Below, in pieces: positions 1-8,527 of a DNA stretch of 64,000 nucleotides (position 1 is the first letter of the stretch; every line of letters starts with the position of its first letter). The stretch comes from Terriglobia bacterium (lineage in GTDB: Bacteria > Acidobacteriota > Terriglobia > 20CM-2-55-15). The stretch spans positions 640,001 through 704,000 of the forward strand of contig CBDAOY010000006.1 in the NCBI GenBank assembly GCA_965198225.1, in the 5' to 3' direction. A program made the position numbers and the translations under genes. The notes beneath the pieces were generated by a model. The model searched no databases. It had not been told where the DNA came from and worked only from the letters and a program-made list of their open reading frames with translations.

Positions 1-18
1 GCCGCTGGAACGCCGAAC

Positions 19-473
19 TTACTTTGGTCTTTTTTTTGGCCCGGACTTTCGGCGCTTCCGCGACGGCGAACGGGTTCCCGCTTTGCTGGTTACAAACTTG
101 TAGGCCATGCCGAGCAAGTCCCGCAACACATCAGGATTGACGCTAGACAGGCGAACCAGAACGACGTCGTAGCCGACATAGTGGTCCGTCACGTAGTAAA
201 CATCAGGGGCATCAGCGAGCAACTGGTCGCGAACATCGAAATCCACCCGAACGGCAAGTGAACCGGGTTCGGCCGAGCGATTAGCTGGCACACATGCCAG
301 GAGTTTTCCGCCTACCTTGAGCGCGGGGAAGCCGTACGCGAGGTGTGGTTGGCGTGTGGACGGTGCCTTCAAACTTCAGCAGAACCCCCTGATCGATCCG
401 TGCTTTCCTCCATACCAGGCAACGCAAGTCCGATATTCCGTACGGTGTCGAAGTTGATTGTGCTTTCGGGCAT
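19..473 (-). pseudogene. MmcQ/YjbR-family DNA-binding protein interrupted by a 59-bp insertion (340-398)
   Basis: ATG at 473 reads MPESTINFDTVRNIGLALPGMEEST. Removing 340-398 joins it in frame to AYGFPALKVGGKLLACVP...YYVTDHYVGYDVVLVRL (396 nt). With the insertion a TGA appears early. Confidence 0.8.
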
Positions 474-547
474 TGGTCAGTGCGATTTCCGAGGTGTGGT
501 TGGCGTGTGGACGGTGCCTTCAAACTTCAGCAGAACCCCCTGATCGA
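339..547. repeat. 58-bp exact direct repeat (339-396 and 490-547)
   Basis: cgaggtgtggttggcgtgtggacggtgccttcaaacttcagcagaaccccctgatcga occurs twice, 151 bp apart. Confidence 0.95.
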
Positions 548-668
548 GGTAGATCAAGAAGGAATCGCCCACACCGAAGGGTTCTACCGGGCCGACCTGC
601 CAAACGAAGACCGGCGCGTCGCCCAGGCGCTCCGCTGCCACACTTGCGGGCCGGCACCATGCGAACAT
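477..668 (-). pseudogene. Probable C-terminal gene fragment or small hypothetical protein
   Basis: Protein-like stretch ...VAAERLGDAPVFVWQVGPVEPFGVGDSFLIYLDQGVLLKFEGTVHTPTTPRKSH* ends 3 nt before the MmcQ start. Family not recognised. Confidence 0.3.
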
Positions 669-723
669 CGACGGAGCCCTCGAGGTCCGACGGCTCTCGG
701 GACGCGGATCCGCAGACCGTTCC

Positions 724-1581
724 CTACTTGGGCACTGTCCGCCGCCACTCGTCGTACTGGCGCCGGAGATCCAACAGCGGGTTTTCCGCCCCACGCTCGG
801 TACGCACGGAGAGCGCGAGCCAGGGCGCTTTGTCGGTACCCGCGTCCGTCATACCGATGTTCTCGGCGGCGTAGGGTTCGTCACCACCGCGCGCGACCAG
901 GATGGCCGCCATGGACGTGGTCTGCCGCACGTTCCCCTGATTGCAGCGGACGTCGCCGCCGGCGATGGATCCGGCCTCGAGAGCCCGAATGAGCCGGTCG
1001 GGCAGTGTGTTGAAGCCCGCCGGATCGTCCCAACGGTAGGCATCGAGGGGATTCTGAACCACCTCCGAGCTGGCCAGGGTGTTCCCCTGCGAGCTCACGC
1101 CTCGGCTGGGGTCGGCCATCACTCCGGCGTAGCGGGCGGCGCCGTCCTCGCTGGCGACCATCCCCTGCCGGAGGGGGGTGGTGTAGCCGGCGGTGCGCAC
1201 GAAACCGTCGTTCATGGTGACCACTCCGTACTGTCGGCGCTCGAGCTCGCTGTCCCACTCGGGGTCCGTCACCCGCGCGATTACCTCTTCGGCGGTGAGC
1301 CCCTCCTTGATCGCCTCGAACACGCGGTTCCGGTTGTCGATGTTGAAGCCCGCCTGAGTCGCAGCGGCCCCCTTTCCGGGCACCAGTGCCGCCACAGCGT
1401 CCCCGTTCCTCGTGACGCAGGAAGACACCGCGACCCCCACGTCGCCCGTCTCCGGATCTACTCCCACGATCGACCACGTGGTCATGTCCATCTCGGTGGG
1501 ATACTCGGTCGCCTCGGGGGCGACACAGGCGGCGAGAAGCAGGCCGCCCAGCAGCAGGAACATTCTCTTCAGCGTACGCAC
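724..1581 (-). CDS. DUF1028 (Ntn-hydrolase-like) lipoprotein
   Basis: Lipobox LLAAC; TWSIVGVDPETGDVGVAVSS, ATQA, RRQYGVV, QGNTL and AGGDVR motifs; GGAGGA RBS. Confidence 0.85.
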   Translation of the reverse strand: MRTLKRMFLLLGGLLLAACVAPEATEYPTEMDMTTWSIVGVDPETGDVGVAVSSCVTRNGDAVAALVPGKGAAATQAGFNIDNRNRVFEAIKEGLTAEEVIARVTDPEWDSELERRQYGVVTMNDGFVRTAGYTTPLRQGMVASEDGAARYAGVMADPSRGVSSQGNTLASSEVVQNPLDAYRWDDPAGFNTLPDRLIRALEAGSIAGGDVRCNQGNVRQTTSMAAILVARGGDEPYAAENIGMTDAGTDKAPWLALSVRTERGAENPLLDLRRQYDEWRRTVPK

Positions 1582-1895
1582 GTCTATTCCTCCAGTTCGC
1601 AGGTTGACGTCCTCAGTGGGCGAGTCTGAAACCGGGCCGAATCACCCGTATATAAGACTACAGTCGGGGGTCAACAGCAATCAGAGAGTCACCCGGTCGT
1701 CATAGCGCCATGCCGATAAGCAGGAAGCCCGTTATCAAAGGGGCTTTCGACAGAAGACAGTTTGCAGCATAGGCGACTTCTCGGAAGTTGAGAACAGATC
1801 GTTTATTGGGCGTTGAGAATTTGATAGCGCTTAACTCACTCCTCTAGTATCTTTTGCCGAGTTTTTCACGGCTTTTTCAGCAACACAATATAACG

Positions 1896-1985
1896 ATGGA
1901 ATCCGGCACAAAACTCCGCCACTACGAGATCTCAACGCCCTTAAGTAAGGGTGGAATGGGTGAAGTGTGGCCGGGATACGAAGCC
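1896..1985 (+). pseudogene. N-terminal remnant of a Ser/Thr protein kinase
   Basis: MESGTKLRHYEISTPLSKGGMGEVW followed by out-of-frame RDTK. Matches the subdomain I start of the intact kinase at 59465-62065 (HYTITEKLGAGGMGEVYRANDAK). Confidence 0.75.
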
Positions 1986-2105
1986 GCGACGGCCTGCGGC
2001 CGCGCGCGGGTTGTTGTCGGATTGAGTTGATTCAGGCTAAGGTGCCTTAGCGCGGCCTCTATTAACCAAGTTTGAATTATCAACCTGAATATTAAGGAGC
2101 GGAGA

Positions 2106-2894
2106 ATGGCAACGACGTGGCGAGTTTCTGGACGCATACAGGTTTCGGTGAATGAGCGCGAATCTGAGGGCAGAGTTCGTGAGACCGGAAATATGCAAGG
2201 TGTAGAAGTAGAAGTATTTGGTTCCCTTTTGAATTCGGGTAACACTAGAGACACCTGGTGGAGCCTTGAAACTGTGATTCACGAGGTAATGCACTTGTGG
2301 AACTATGATCACAACACCGGCACGTCCAATTGGCTCCAGGCGGTTTGTGATGGCAACACCCACTCTTTCCAGGAAAAGCCCGCAATCGCGTTTCACGAAG
2401 GATTTGCTGAGTACGCAATGGACGATCTTCTTCATGAGATATGGGGACTGAACCGTGTGGAACCCTTTAATAGGCATAGCGTGCGAAACAGGAGTGGGCA
2501 GGCGCTTACCAATCTAAAGGTCGTGGAAGGGAGCGACGAAGGTGTCACAAATGCCCTCCACACGCTGACGACTCCTGATATCTACACGCGAACCTTCGGG
2601 ACACGGACTAGCACCACCCCGAGGGGCAGTCGAGCGGGCACTACCACTACGACCGGCAGGAATTGCCCCCGCAGCCCCAACCTCGATTTGTGGGATGTCC
2701 TAAAAGTTTTCAAGCCCGCGCCACGGTCAGGTTGGAAAACTGCTTGGCAAGTGGGCAGGCCGTCCTATGGCATCGTCCGATTCTTCAAGCGCGCGGCAGA
2801 TGTTCTGCCTTCGTTTGGTTCACAAGCCGAGAGATTGTATCTGGCTCTGATAGACCCAGACTCGAATGTGGAACCGCAAAGCCGCTGCAGATAG
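2106..2894 (+). CDS. Zinc metallopeptidase-like protein (HExxH), possibly internally deleted
   Basis: VIHEVMHLW plus downstream FHEGFAEY (gluzincin-like third ligand); AAGGAG upstream; visibly lower GC than the core genes. Confidence 0.6.
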   Translation: MATTWRVSGRIQVSVNERESEGRVRETGNMQGVEVEVFGSLLNSGNTRDTWWSLETVIHEVMHLWNYDHNTGTSNWLQAVCDGNTHSFQEKPAIAFHEGFAEYAMDDLLHEIWGLNRVEPFNRHSVRNRSGQALTNLKVVEGSDEGVTNALHTLTTPDIYTRTFGTRTSTTPRGSRAGTTTTTGRNCPRSPNLDLWDVLKVFKPAPRSGWKTAWQVGRPSYGIVRFFKRAADVLPSFGSQAERLYLALIDPDSNVEPQSRCR

Positions 2895-2948
2895 GCGGAT
2901 AAGCGGTATAAGCAGGGTCCGACGACTATGGCAACACCACGCGCTTGC

Positions 2949-3005
2949 ATCAACATCGTCCTAAACTGGTTTGAAGAACTGAAGGAACGGGTGCCAGTTT
3001 CCTGA
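2949..3005 (+). pseudogene. C-terminal remnant of a kinase-PD40 protein
   Basis: INIVLNWFEELKERVPVS*, the typical terminal motif of acidobacterial kinase/TolB-like propeller proteins. Confidence 0.7.
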
Positions 3006-3571
3006 TTTTCCGGGTCAAGTCCTGATAAATCATCTTGTCGGACATTGACCACCAGGCCGTAACGGCTACCCGTAGAAGGCCCCGTAGCAAAGGACGACAG
3101 ATTACCCGCCATAAGTCGCCTAGCGTTTAGGAATGAGCAGCATCAATGACCAAAAAACTGGCTTACGGTTTCGAACGCAAGATCTAGGATAAGTACTATT
3201 AGGAGAGTAACTTGAGGTCAATGAAAAGGTCAGATGCTCGTAATACGCCATGTTTCTATCGGAGATGGTCCGGGACCGACAGTGGCAGGAATGATCCGGG
3301 GCATGTCGGATAGAACGGTTTGAAGTGAGGCGCAGGCGCGGTCGGGAGGGAAAGCCCTATGGGTTTTCAATCGAGGGGCCGGGGGGATATACAAGCAGCC
3401 GACTCGATGTTGGGACATGGAGTGGGCCGAACTTTGCGTTGCGCTGCCCGGTTCTGAGGTTTCCGAAGCATTCGGACCGGACTCGAAAGGCCCAGTTGAC
3501 AGATCCCAGACACACTGGCGCGGTGCAGTCCAGCGGGCCGCGAAGTGGACGTGGTTGTGGAGCATTGACGG

Positions 3572-4756
3572 TTAGGTACTGTCGAGAATCGGGACCGGCC
3601 TGGATGTGATGAACCCGAGTTGGAGCGCGGTGAAGCGTTCGACGATGCGCATGGTTCCGTGACAGAGCGGACACGGTTCCGGCGGAGTGTTTGGGGGCGG
3701 AGAGTCCGGCTCCGACGTGGGTGTCTGGCCGAGGAGTCGCCGACACAGCCCGAGCATCACGGCGCGTTTCCGATTGGCCATCCATCCGAAGTAACGGATG
3801 CGGGGAAAGCCTTTCGGCAAGACGTGGTGTAGGAACCGCCGGAGGAACTCCTCCGGGGCCAGTGTCATCGTGCGGGGTCGTCCGTTGTGGCGGTAGTCCT
3901 TCCATCGGAATGTGACGCCGTCGGAGGTGACGCTGATGATGCGATGGTTAGAGATCGCCACCCGGTGCGTGTAGCGGGCCAGGTACTGGAGCACGTGTTC
4001 GGCACCGCCGAAGGGCGGCTTGGCATAGACGACCCAGTCCCGGTCTTTGAGGTCATCGATGAACTGCTGGAAGCGGGATGGGTCGGCCAGTTGCAGGCAT
4101 TCGCCGTGGAAGGCGAGCGTCTTGTTATCGAACGCCTCAGCCAACCCATCGAGGAACTTCACTCGGAAGACGGCACTGAGTTTCCGGACCGGAAGCAGGA
4201 AGTCGGACCGCGACGGATGGACCCACCGGTCGTGATCCGGTGAGGGTCCGCCACCGGGAACGACGCAATGGATATGGGGATGCCGTTCCAGGGTCTGTCC
4301 CCAGGTGTGCAGGATGCTGAGGAAGCCGGCTTCGGCACCCAGATACTTCCGTTGAGCCGCGACCTGGATCAAGGCGGCGGCACTGGCGTGAAACAGGAGC
4401 CGGTAGAGGACGCGCTTGTTCTGCCAGATGAGTGGGACCAACTGATGCGGCAGGCTAAAGACCAGATGGTAGTAACCGACCGGCAACAGTTCCTGCTGCC
4501 GTTTCTCGACCCAGGTGTTTCGGGCCTGGGTCTGACACTTCGGACAGTGGCGATTCCGGCAGGAATGGTATAGAAGTGTGTCGTGGCCACATCGTTCGCA
4601 TCGTTTCCGGTGACCGCCTAATGCTTGGGTCCGACAACGGGTAATCGCATTCAGGACTTTGACCTGGGGCCAGGTCAGCGCCCGCCGATACCGGTTTCGG
4701 AATCGGTCTCCTGCGATGCGAACGACCTGGGCCACCTCAAAGCGTGGCCGGCTCAT
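3572..4756 (-). CDS. IS91-family (HUH/Y2) transposase
   Basis: Zn-binding CRT..CERC..SCRNRHCPKCQ, HUH motif HPHIH, YLARY, FRWKDY, HVLPKGF.RIRYFG. Confidence 0.95.
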   Translation of the reverse strand: MSRPRFEVAQVVRIAGDRFRNRYRRALTWPQVKVLNAITRCRTQALGGHRKRCERCGHDTLLYHSCRNRHCPKCQTQARNTWVEKRQQELLPVGYYHLVFSLPHQLVPLIWQNKRVLYRLLFHASAAALIQVAAQRKYLGAEAGFLSILHTWGQTLERHPHIHCVVPGGGPSPDHDRWVHPSRSDFLLPVRKLSAVFRVKFLDGLAEAFDNKTLAFHGECLQLADPSRFQQFIDDLKDRDWVVYAKPPFGGAEHVLQYLARYTHRVAISNHRIISVTSDGVTFRWKDYRHNGRPRTMTLAPEEFLRRFLHHVLPKGFPRIRYFGWMANRKRAVMLGLCRRLLGQTPTSEPDSPPPNTPPEPCPLCHGTMRIVERFTALQLGFITSRPVPILDST

Positions 4757-5630
4757 CGCTTTGTCTCCTCAACAACGGCAGGCAGGTGCAACTGATCCAG
4801 GGGGTTGCGTGCCATCTCCAGGTGACGGCGAGACAGCTGGAGATACAGCGTGGTATCGGACAACCGGCTGTGTCCCATCAAGAGCTGGATCGTGCGCAGG
4901 TCGGTCCCCGACTCAGCAGATGCGTACCGAAGCAGTGGCGCAGCGTATGGGGACCGACTTTCTGCTCAAGACCGGCCCGTTCCGACGCCCGACGGACCGC
5001 ATACCAGACGACCTTGTCCGAGATCGGCCGTTTCACACCCCGGTGTCGGGCACTGCTGGGAAACAGATACCCCGCCGGCCGTTTCAACAACCAGTATTGC
5101 CGCAGGGCTTCCAGCAAGCTCGGGCTCAACGGCACATCTCGGTCCCGACGACCTTTGCCCTGGCGGATATGCACCAGCATCCGCTCACTGTCGATATCGG
5201 TGACCTTCAACGTCGATGCTTCTGTGCGCCGCGCTCCGGTTCCGTAGAGCACCATCAGGATCGCCCGGTGCATCGGTGTCACTGCCGACTGGATCAACTG
5301 CCCGACTTCATCGGGGCTTAGGATCGTCGGTAGTTTCCGGGCCGTCTTGGGAAACGGCAGGTCATCGATCCCCAGATCGGCTCGACGCAGCACCTTCTTG
5401 TAGAGGAATCGCAAGGCGGAGATCCGCGCCTCCACCGTGTTCGGGGCCAGCTTCTGCTTCCGCAGCATGTGCAGCTGGAACCGTCGCAGTTCTTCGGCTC
5501 CCGCATCGGCGGGAGACTTGCCGCAGTATTGGCGGAACTGGTCGAACGTGATCAGGTAGCTGCGAATCGTTCCAGGCGCGTAGTTGCGTCGCCGGAGCTC
5601 GTCCAGCAGTCGTTTTCGTAGTGGGGTCAT
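4753..5630 (-). pseudogene. Tyrosine recombinase (SAM-4 N-domain) with a -1 frameshift near 4913
   Basis: YGTGARR, GKG, HTLRH. After HLL the continuation (E)SGTDLRTIQLLMGHSRLSDTTLYLQL, containing the catalytic Tyr, is in another frame and stops at 4753, overlapping the tnp ATG. Confidence 0.85.
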
Positions 5631-5926
5631 AAGCCACCTCCTTATGACCGCCACTGTATGGGATGGGATCTATCTACAGGACGCCGACTCCGAGCGCCTG
5701 CGGCTTAGTTCTAACCGCCGATACGGAAACCTGGAAACCGGCTGAAATGGGGCTTCAGGCCGCGAGCCACTTTGGAGTATCGGCGACTTGTCAAGAGCTG
5801 GAAGGATGGCGAACGCTGCGATGCTCGCAGCAGTATAGAGTCAGGGGCGCCTACGCCAAGGGTGTCTTGCGGCGTGCAGAACGCTGCCGCGTGAGAGGGA
5901 CCGTCAGTTTGTCTACCCAGATTCCG

Positions 5927-6610
5927 TCAATCGCTCACTGTCCTTGAATTAAAGCGGAGCAATCCGCCGCCGAACAGAATTCCCAGAACCGAAGCAGCGA
6001 CGTTAGCAGCGAGAGGGCCAACGACGTTAGCCACGGGAGGTCCACCGAAAATGATAAAGGGTCCGAAGAGCACGAGGTTCATAAGAAGGAGCGAACCGGC
6101 GAACAGAAGTACTACACCTGTTTGTTGCTCGCGATGATAGCGGACGACCAGCCAGCCACACATTGCCCCGACCATGAGAGGCAACGCGACTGCGAATACA
6201 AAGGGGTAGACATGGCGTAATCCGGCCCATTGGTTAGAGGAGAAAGGTCCAAGTACCGGCATCCACATGAAGCTCCACGCAGTCTTGATTGGTTGGCCCG
6301 GCCCAATCCAGACGTCCCAGCCGTTCCCGGAGAAGAAAGGGCTGACGAAAGGGAAGATCATCGCTTTGCCGCAAAGAATCCACATGCCCCAACCTGTCAG
6401 AAGCGCTCTGGCGGCGATCCACTTGTGTCCTTGAATCTCCCTGAAGAAGCTTACCGGAATGGCTTTCATCGCCTGACGCCAATACCACATCGCGCTGGCT
6501 TTCTGCAGGTACTGCTCCGCAAGATCGCCGAGGACCGCATCATTGTTGGGTCCGGACCCAAAACGTTTCAACATCCACGTTGCAACTCTGGGGGGCTTTT
6601 TCGACGTCAC
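5927..6610 (-). CDS. Membrane protein with permease-prefix-like N-terminus
   Basis: PPRVATWMLKRF...AVLGDLAEQY...WYWRQA motif; several TM segments; GTG overlaps the padR stop. Confidence 0.7.
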   Translation of the reverse strand: MTSKKPPRVATWMLKRFGSGPNNDAVLGDLAEQYLQKASAMWYWRQAMKAIPVSFFREIQGHKWIAARALLTGWGMWILCGKAMIFPFVSPFFSGNGWDVWIGPGQPIKTAWSFMWMPVLGPFSSNQWAGLRHVYPFVFAVALPLMVGAMCGWLVVRYHREQQTGVVLLFAGSLLLMNLVLFGPFIIFGGPPVANVVGPLAANVAASVLGILFGGGLLRFNSRTVSD

Positions 6611-6942
6611 GCTTTCTCTCCCTTTAGTTCCGGCAAACCTTTCCACAAGTTCATCAGGGATCGTCGGGCATCACGGACCTCACGTATCCCAGCGCCAGTA
6701 ATACGAAAATGGCGTTTTGCTCGGCCGCCACGCTTGGGAGTGGCCTCGCCCAGTCTTGAAGTAACCAGGCCACGTTCCTGAAGACGCTCCAATGTTGCAT
6801 AGACACTCGCGACAACGACTTCGCGACCTGTCTGTTCTTCAAGCTCCTGGGCGATCGTCACCCCATAGGCATCCTCACCCAAACGCAGAAGTGCCAGCAA
6901 CAGCATGAGGTCAAAGTTTCCGAGATAGCCGCCCTTTCGCAT
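6607..6942 (-). CDS. padR: PadR-family transcriptional regulator (acidobacterial type)
   Basis: LGNFDLMLLLALLRLGEDAYGVTI...SVYATLERL...RGGRAKRHF. Confidence 0.92.
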   Translation of the reverse strand: MRKGGYLGNFDLMLLLALLRLGEDAYGVTIAQELEEQTGREVVVASVYATLERLQERGLVTSRLGEATPKRGGRAKRHFRITGAGIREVRDARRSLMNLWKGLPELKGEKA

Positions 6943-6978
6943 TTATTCAGAATACTGAAGAAATTTAGCGTATGGCAA
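6943..6978 (-). promoter_or_regulatory. Probable leaderless sigma70 promoter of padR with an overlapping palindromic operator
   Basis: TTGCCA-18 bp-TATTCT ending 6 nt before the ATG; palindrome TTCAG-aata-CTGAA at 6946-6959. Confidence 0.55.
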
Positions 6979-7070
6979 GTGTCGTTTCAGAATTGTTTCT
7001 AGGTTAGGAGAAGCATCGAGATGCTGCAGATACTGCAAGTCAGGTTGCCGGAGTACCGCCTTCGGCAAGA

Positions 7071-7469
7071 TTGGGGATTCGGTGGACCGGCTTCTTTCCA
7101 GCACGGGCGTCAGGTCGCTCCGACGTGCAACGTGGGATTCCAGTGCATCAGGTTGTTCAGGATGGATCCACGATCTCGATCGAAACTGAGACCGGACAGC
7201 TACGTTTCGGCGAGAACGACTTGTCGATCTTCGTTACCGACACCGATACTGGTCGCTTGCAGCAGGCAAGCGATATGTCATTGGATCTGTTTATGCCTGC
7301 TATGGGCGCGATGCCTCCAATGAGAGATGTCGCCGATCTGGCCGGAATCGGACCAGGGGAGTGGCAAGGCAACGTGCGAATTTCAATGGCTGGAGAATGG
7401 CAAGTGACGATCACTTTCGATAGTCCATCCGGCCCATTGCGCATTACTTTCCCGGTTACGGTTCAGTGA
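7071..7469 (+). CDS. FixH/YtkA-like domain protein, probably 5'-truncated
   Basis: LDLFMPAMGAMPPM...GEWQGNVRISMAGEWQVTITF. No convincing start or signal peptide. Confidence 0.55.
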   Translation: MGIRWTGFFPARASGRSDVQRGIPVHQVVQDGSTISIETETGQLRFGENDLSIFVTDTDTGRLQQASDMSLDLFMPAMGAMPPMRDVADLAGIGPGEWQGNVRISMAGEWQVTITFDSPSGPLRITFPVTVQ

Positions 7470-7885
7470 GAGAACTGGTAAAGCATCAGGTACACCACCA
7501 CACCTGTCACCGACACATAGATCCAGATCGGGAACGTCCAGCGCGCAATCCGCACGTGCTGATCGAAGCGCTCACGCCAGGCGAGATAAACCGTCCTCAG
7601 GACCATCGGCACGATGACGACGGCCAGGACCGTATGCGAGATCAGGATCGACAAGTAAATCGGGCGAATCCATCCCTCGCGTTCGAAACGCACCGAGCCC
7701 ACCTGGTAGTGGTAGACGAGGTAGGAGGTCAGGAAGAGGGTGGAGACGCCGAGTGCGGCAATCATGCAGGCTTTGTGGGCCTGGATCCGGCGCCGGCTGA
7801 TGAAATACACACCGAAAGCGACCAGGATGCCGCTCGTCAGGTTCAGCAGCGCGTTCAGTGCGGGAAGGTCCGTGACACTCGGCAT
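7463..7885 (-). CDS. DUF420 membrane protein (oxidase assembly associated)
   Basis: LPALNALLN, HKACM, FLTSYLVYH, ILISH, YVSVTGVVVYLML. Confidence 0.92.
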   Translation of the reverse strand: MPSVTDLPALNALLNLTSGILVAFGVYFISRRRIQAHKACMIAALGVSTLFLTSYLVYHYQVGSVRFEREGWIRPIYLSILISHTVLAVVIVPMVLRTVYLAWRERFDQHVRIARWTFPIWIYVSVTGVVVYLMLYQFSH

Positions 7886-7899
7886 CAGGTGGTGCTCGC

Positions 7900-8502
7900 T
7901 CAGCTGATTTCGTCCAGCAGTGCCTCTACGTCGGCGACGAGCCGAGCGACGGACTCCGATTCCGTTCCGGCATAGTAGCCGCGGATCTTTCCGCTGGGGT
8001 CGACCAGGGCGAAGCGGGTGCTGTGGGTGATCGGTTCGACCTCGGTTTCGATCGTGTCGTCGACGGCAAGGTGGAACCCTTCTTTCGACAATGTGTACAG
8101 CTCTTCCTTCTCACCGGTCAGGAAGACCCAACGGTCGCCCTCGGCTCCGTGCCGGTCGGCATATCGCGCCAGAACCTCCGGCGTGTCGCGGTAGGGGTCG
8201 ACCGTGAACGACACCATCCGGACGCTCTCGGGCAGCTCCCGCTGGAGCAACTTCATCTTGTCGGTCATCATCGGACAGGTGCCCGCGCAGTTGGTGAAGA
8301 TGAAGTCCGCCACCCAGATCTGACCGTCCAGATCGCTGCGCGTGAAGGTGCGTCCGCTGCGTTCGATGAGTGTGAATTCGGGAACTTCGCCGAACTCCAG
8401 AAGCGCGGGAGGCCGGGCAAACTGCAGCGCGAGGGTGACGGCGATGCCCGACAGCATGATGACGATTGCGGCTAACGATGACCAGTGCGGAAGACGTGCC
8501 AC
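7900..8502 (-). CDS. SCO/SenC copper chaperone
   Basis: FIFTNCAGTCP (CxxxC), TVDPYRD, ITHSTRF; N-terminal TM; GTG start chosen after a GGGGAGA RBS. Confidence 0.92.
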   Translation of the reverse strand: MARLPHWSSLAAIVIMLSGIAVTLALQFARPPALLEFGEVPEFTLIERSGRTFTRSDLDGQIWVADFIFTNCAGTCPMMTDKMKLLQRELPESVRMVSFTVDPYRDTPEVLARYADRHGAEGDRWVFLTGEKEELYTLSKEGFHLAVDDTIETEVEPITHSTRFALVDPSGKIRGYYAGTESESVARLVADVEALLDEIS

Positions 8503-8527
8503 TCCGATTCTCCCCCTGAAGGATTCC

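Larger units (their letters stand above)
3254..5785 (-). mobile_element. IS91-family element carrying a tyrosine recombinase (int + Y2 tnp)
   Basis: int-tnp pair coupled by ATGA; 24-bp imperfect inverted repeats (3316-3339 and 5694-5717, 20/24 identical); outward hairpins at 3254-3315 and 5716-5785. Exact ends uncertain. Confidence 0.8.

Noticed and set aside
339-547. 58-bp direct repeat as a CRISPR array or att sites
   Set aside because: Only two copies, too long, one interrupts a gene, and no cas genes or integrase are associated
1690-1890. Possible gene or IS remnant in lower-GC DNA
   Set aside because: No recognisable protein motif or terminal repeat in the frames checked
2868-2910. attC-like sequence at the end of the peptidase (gaaccgcaaagccg...taggc)
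   Set aside because: Lies within coding sequence, has no matching RYYYAAC arm, and the nearby integrase shows no evident IntI-specific insertion
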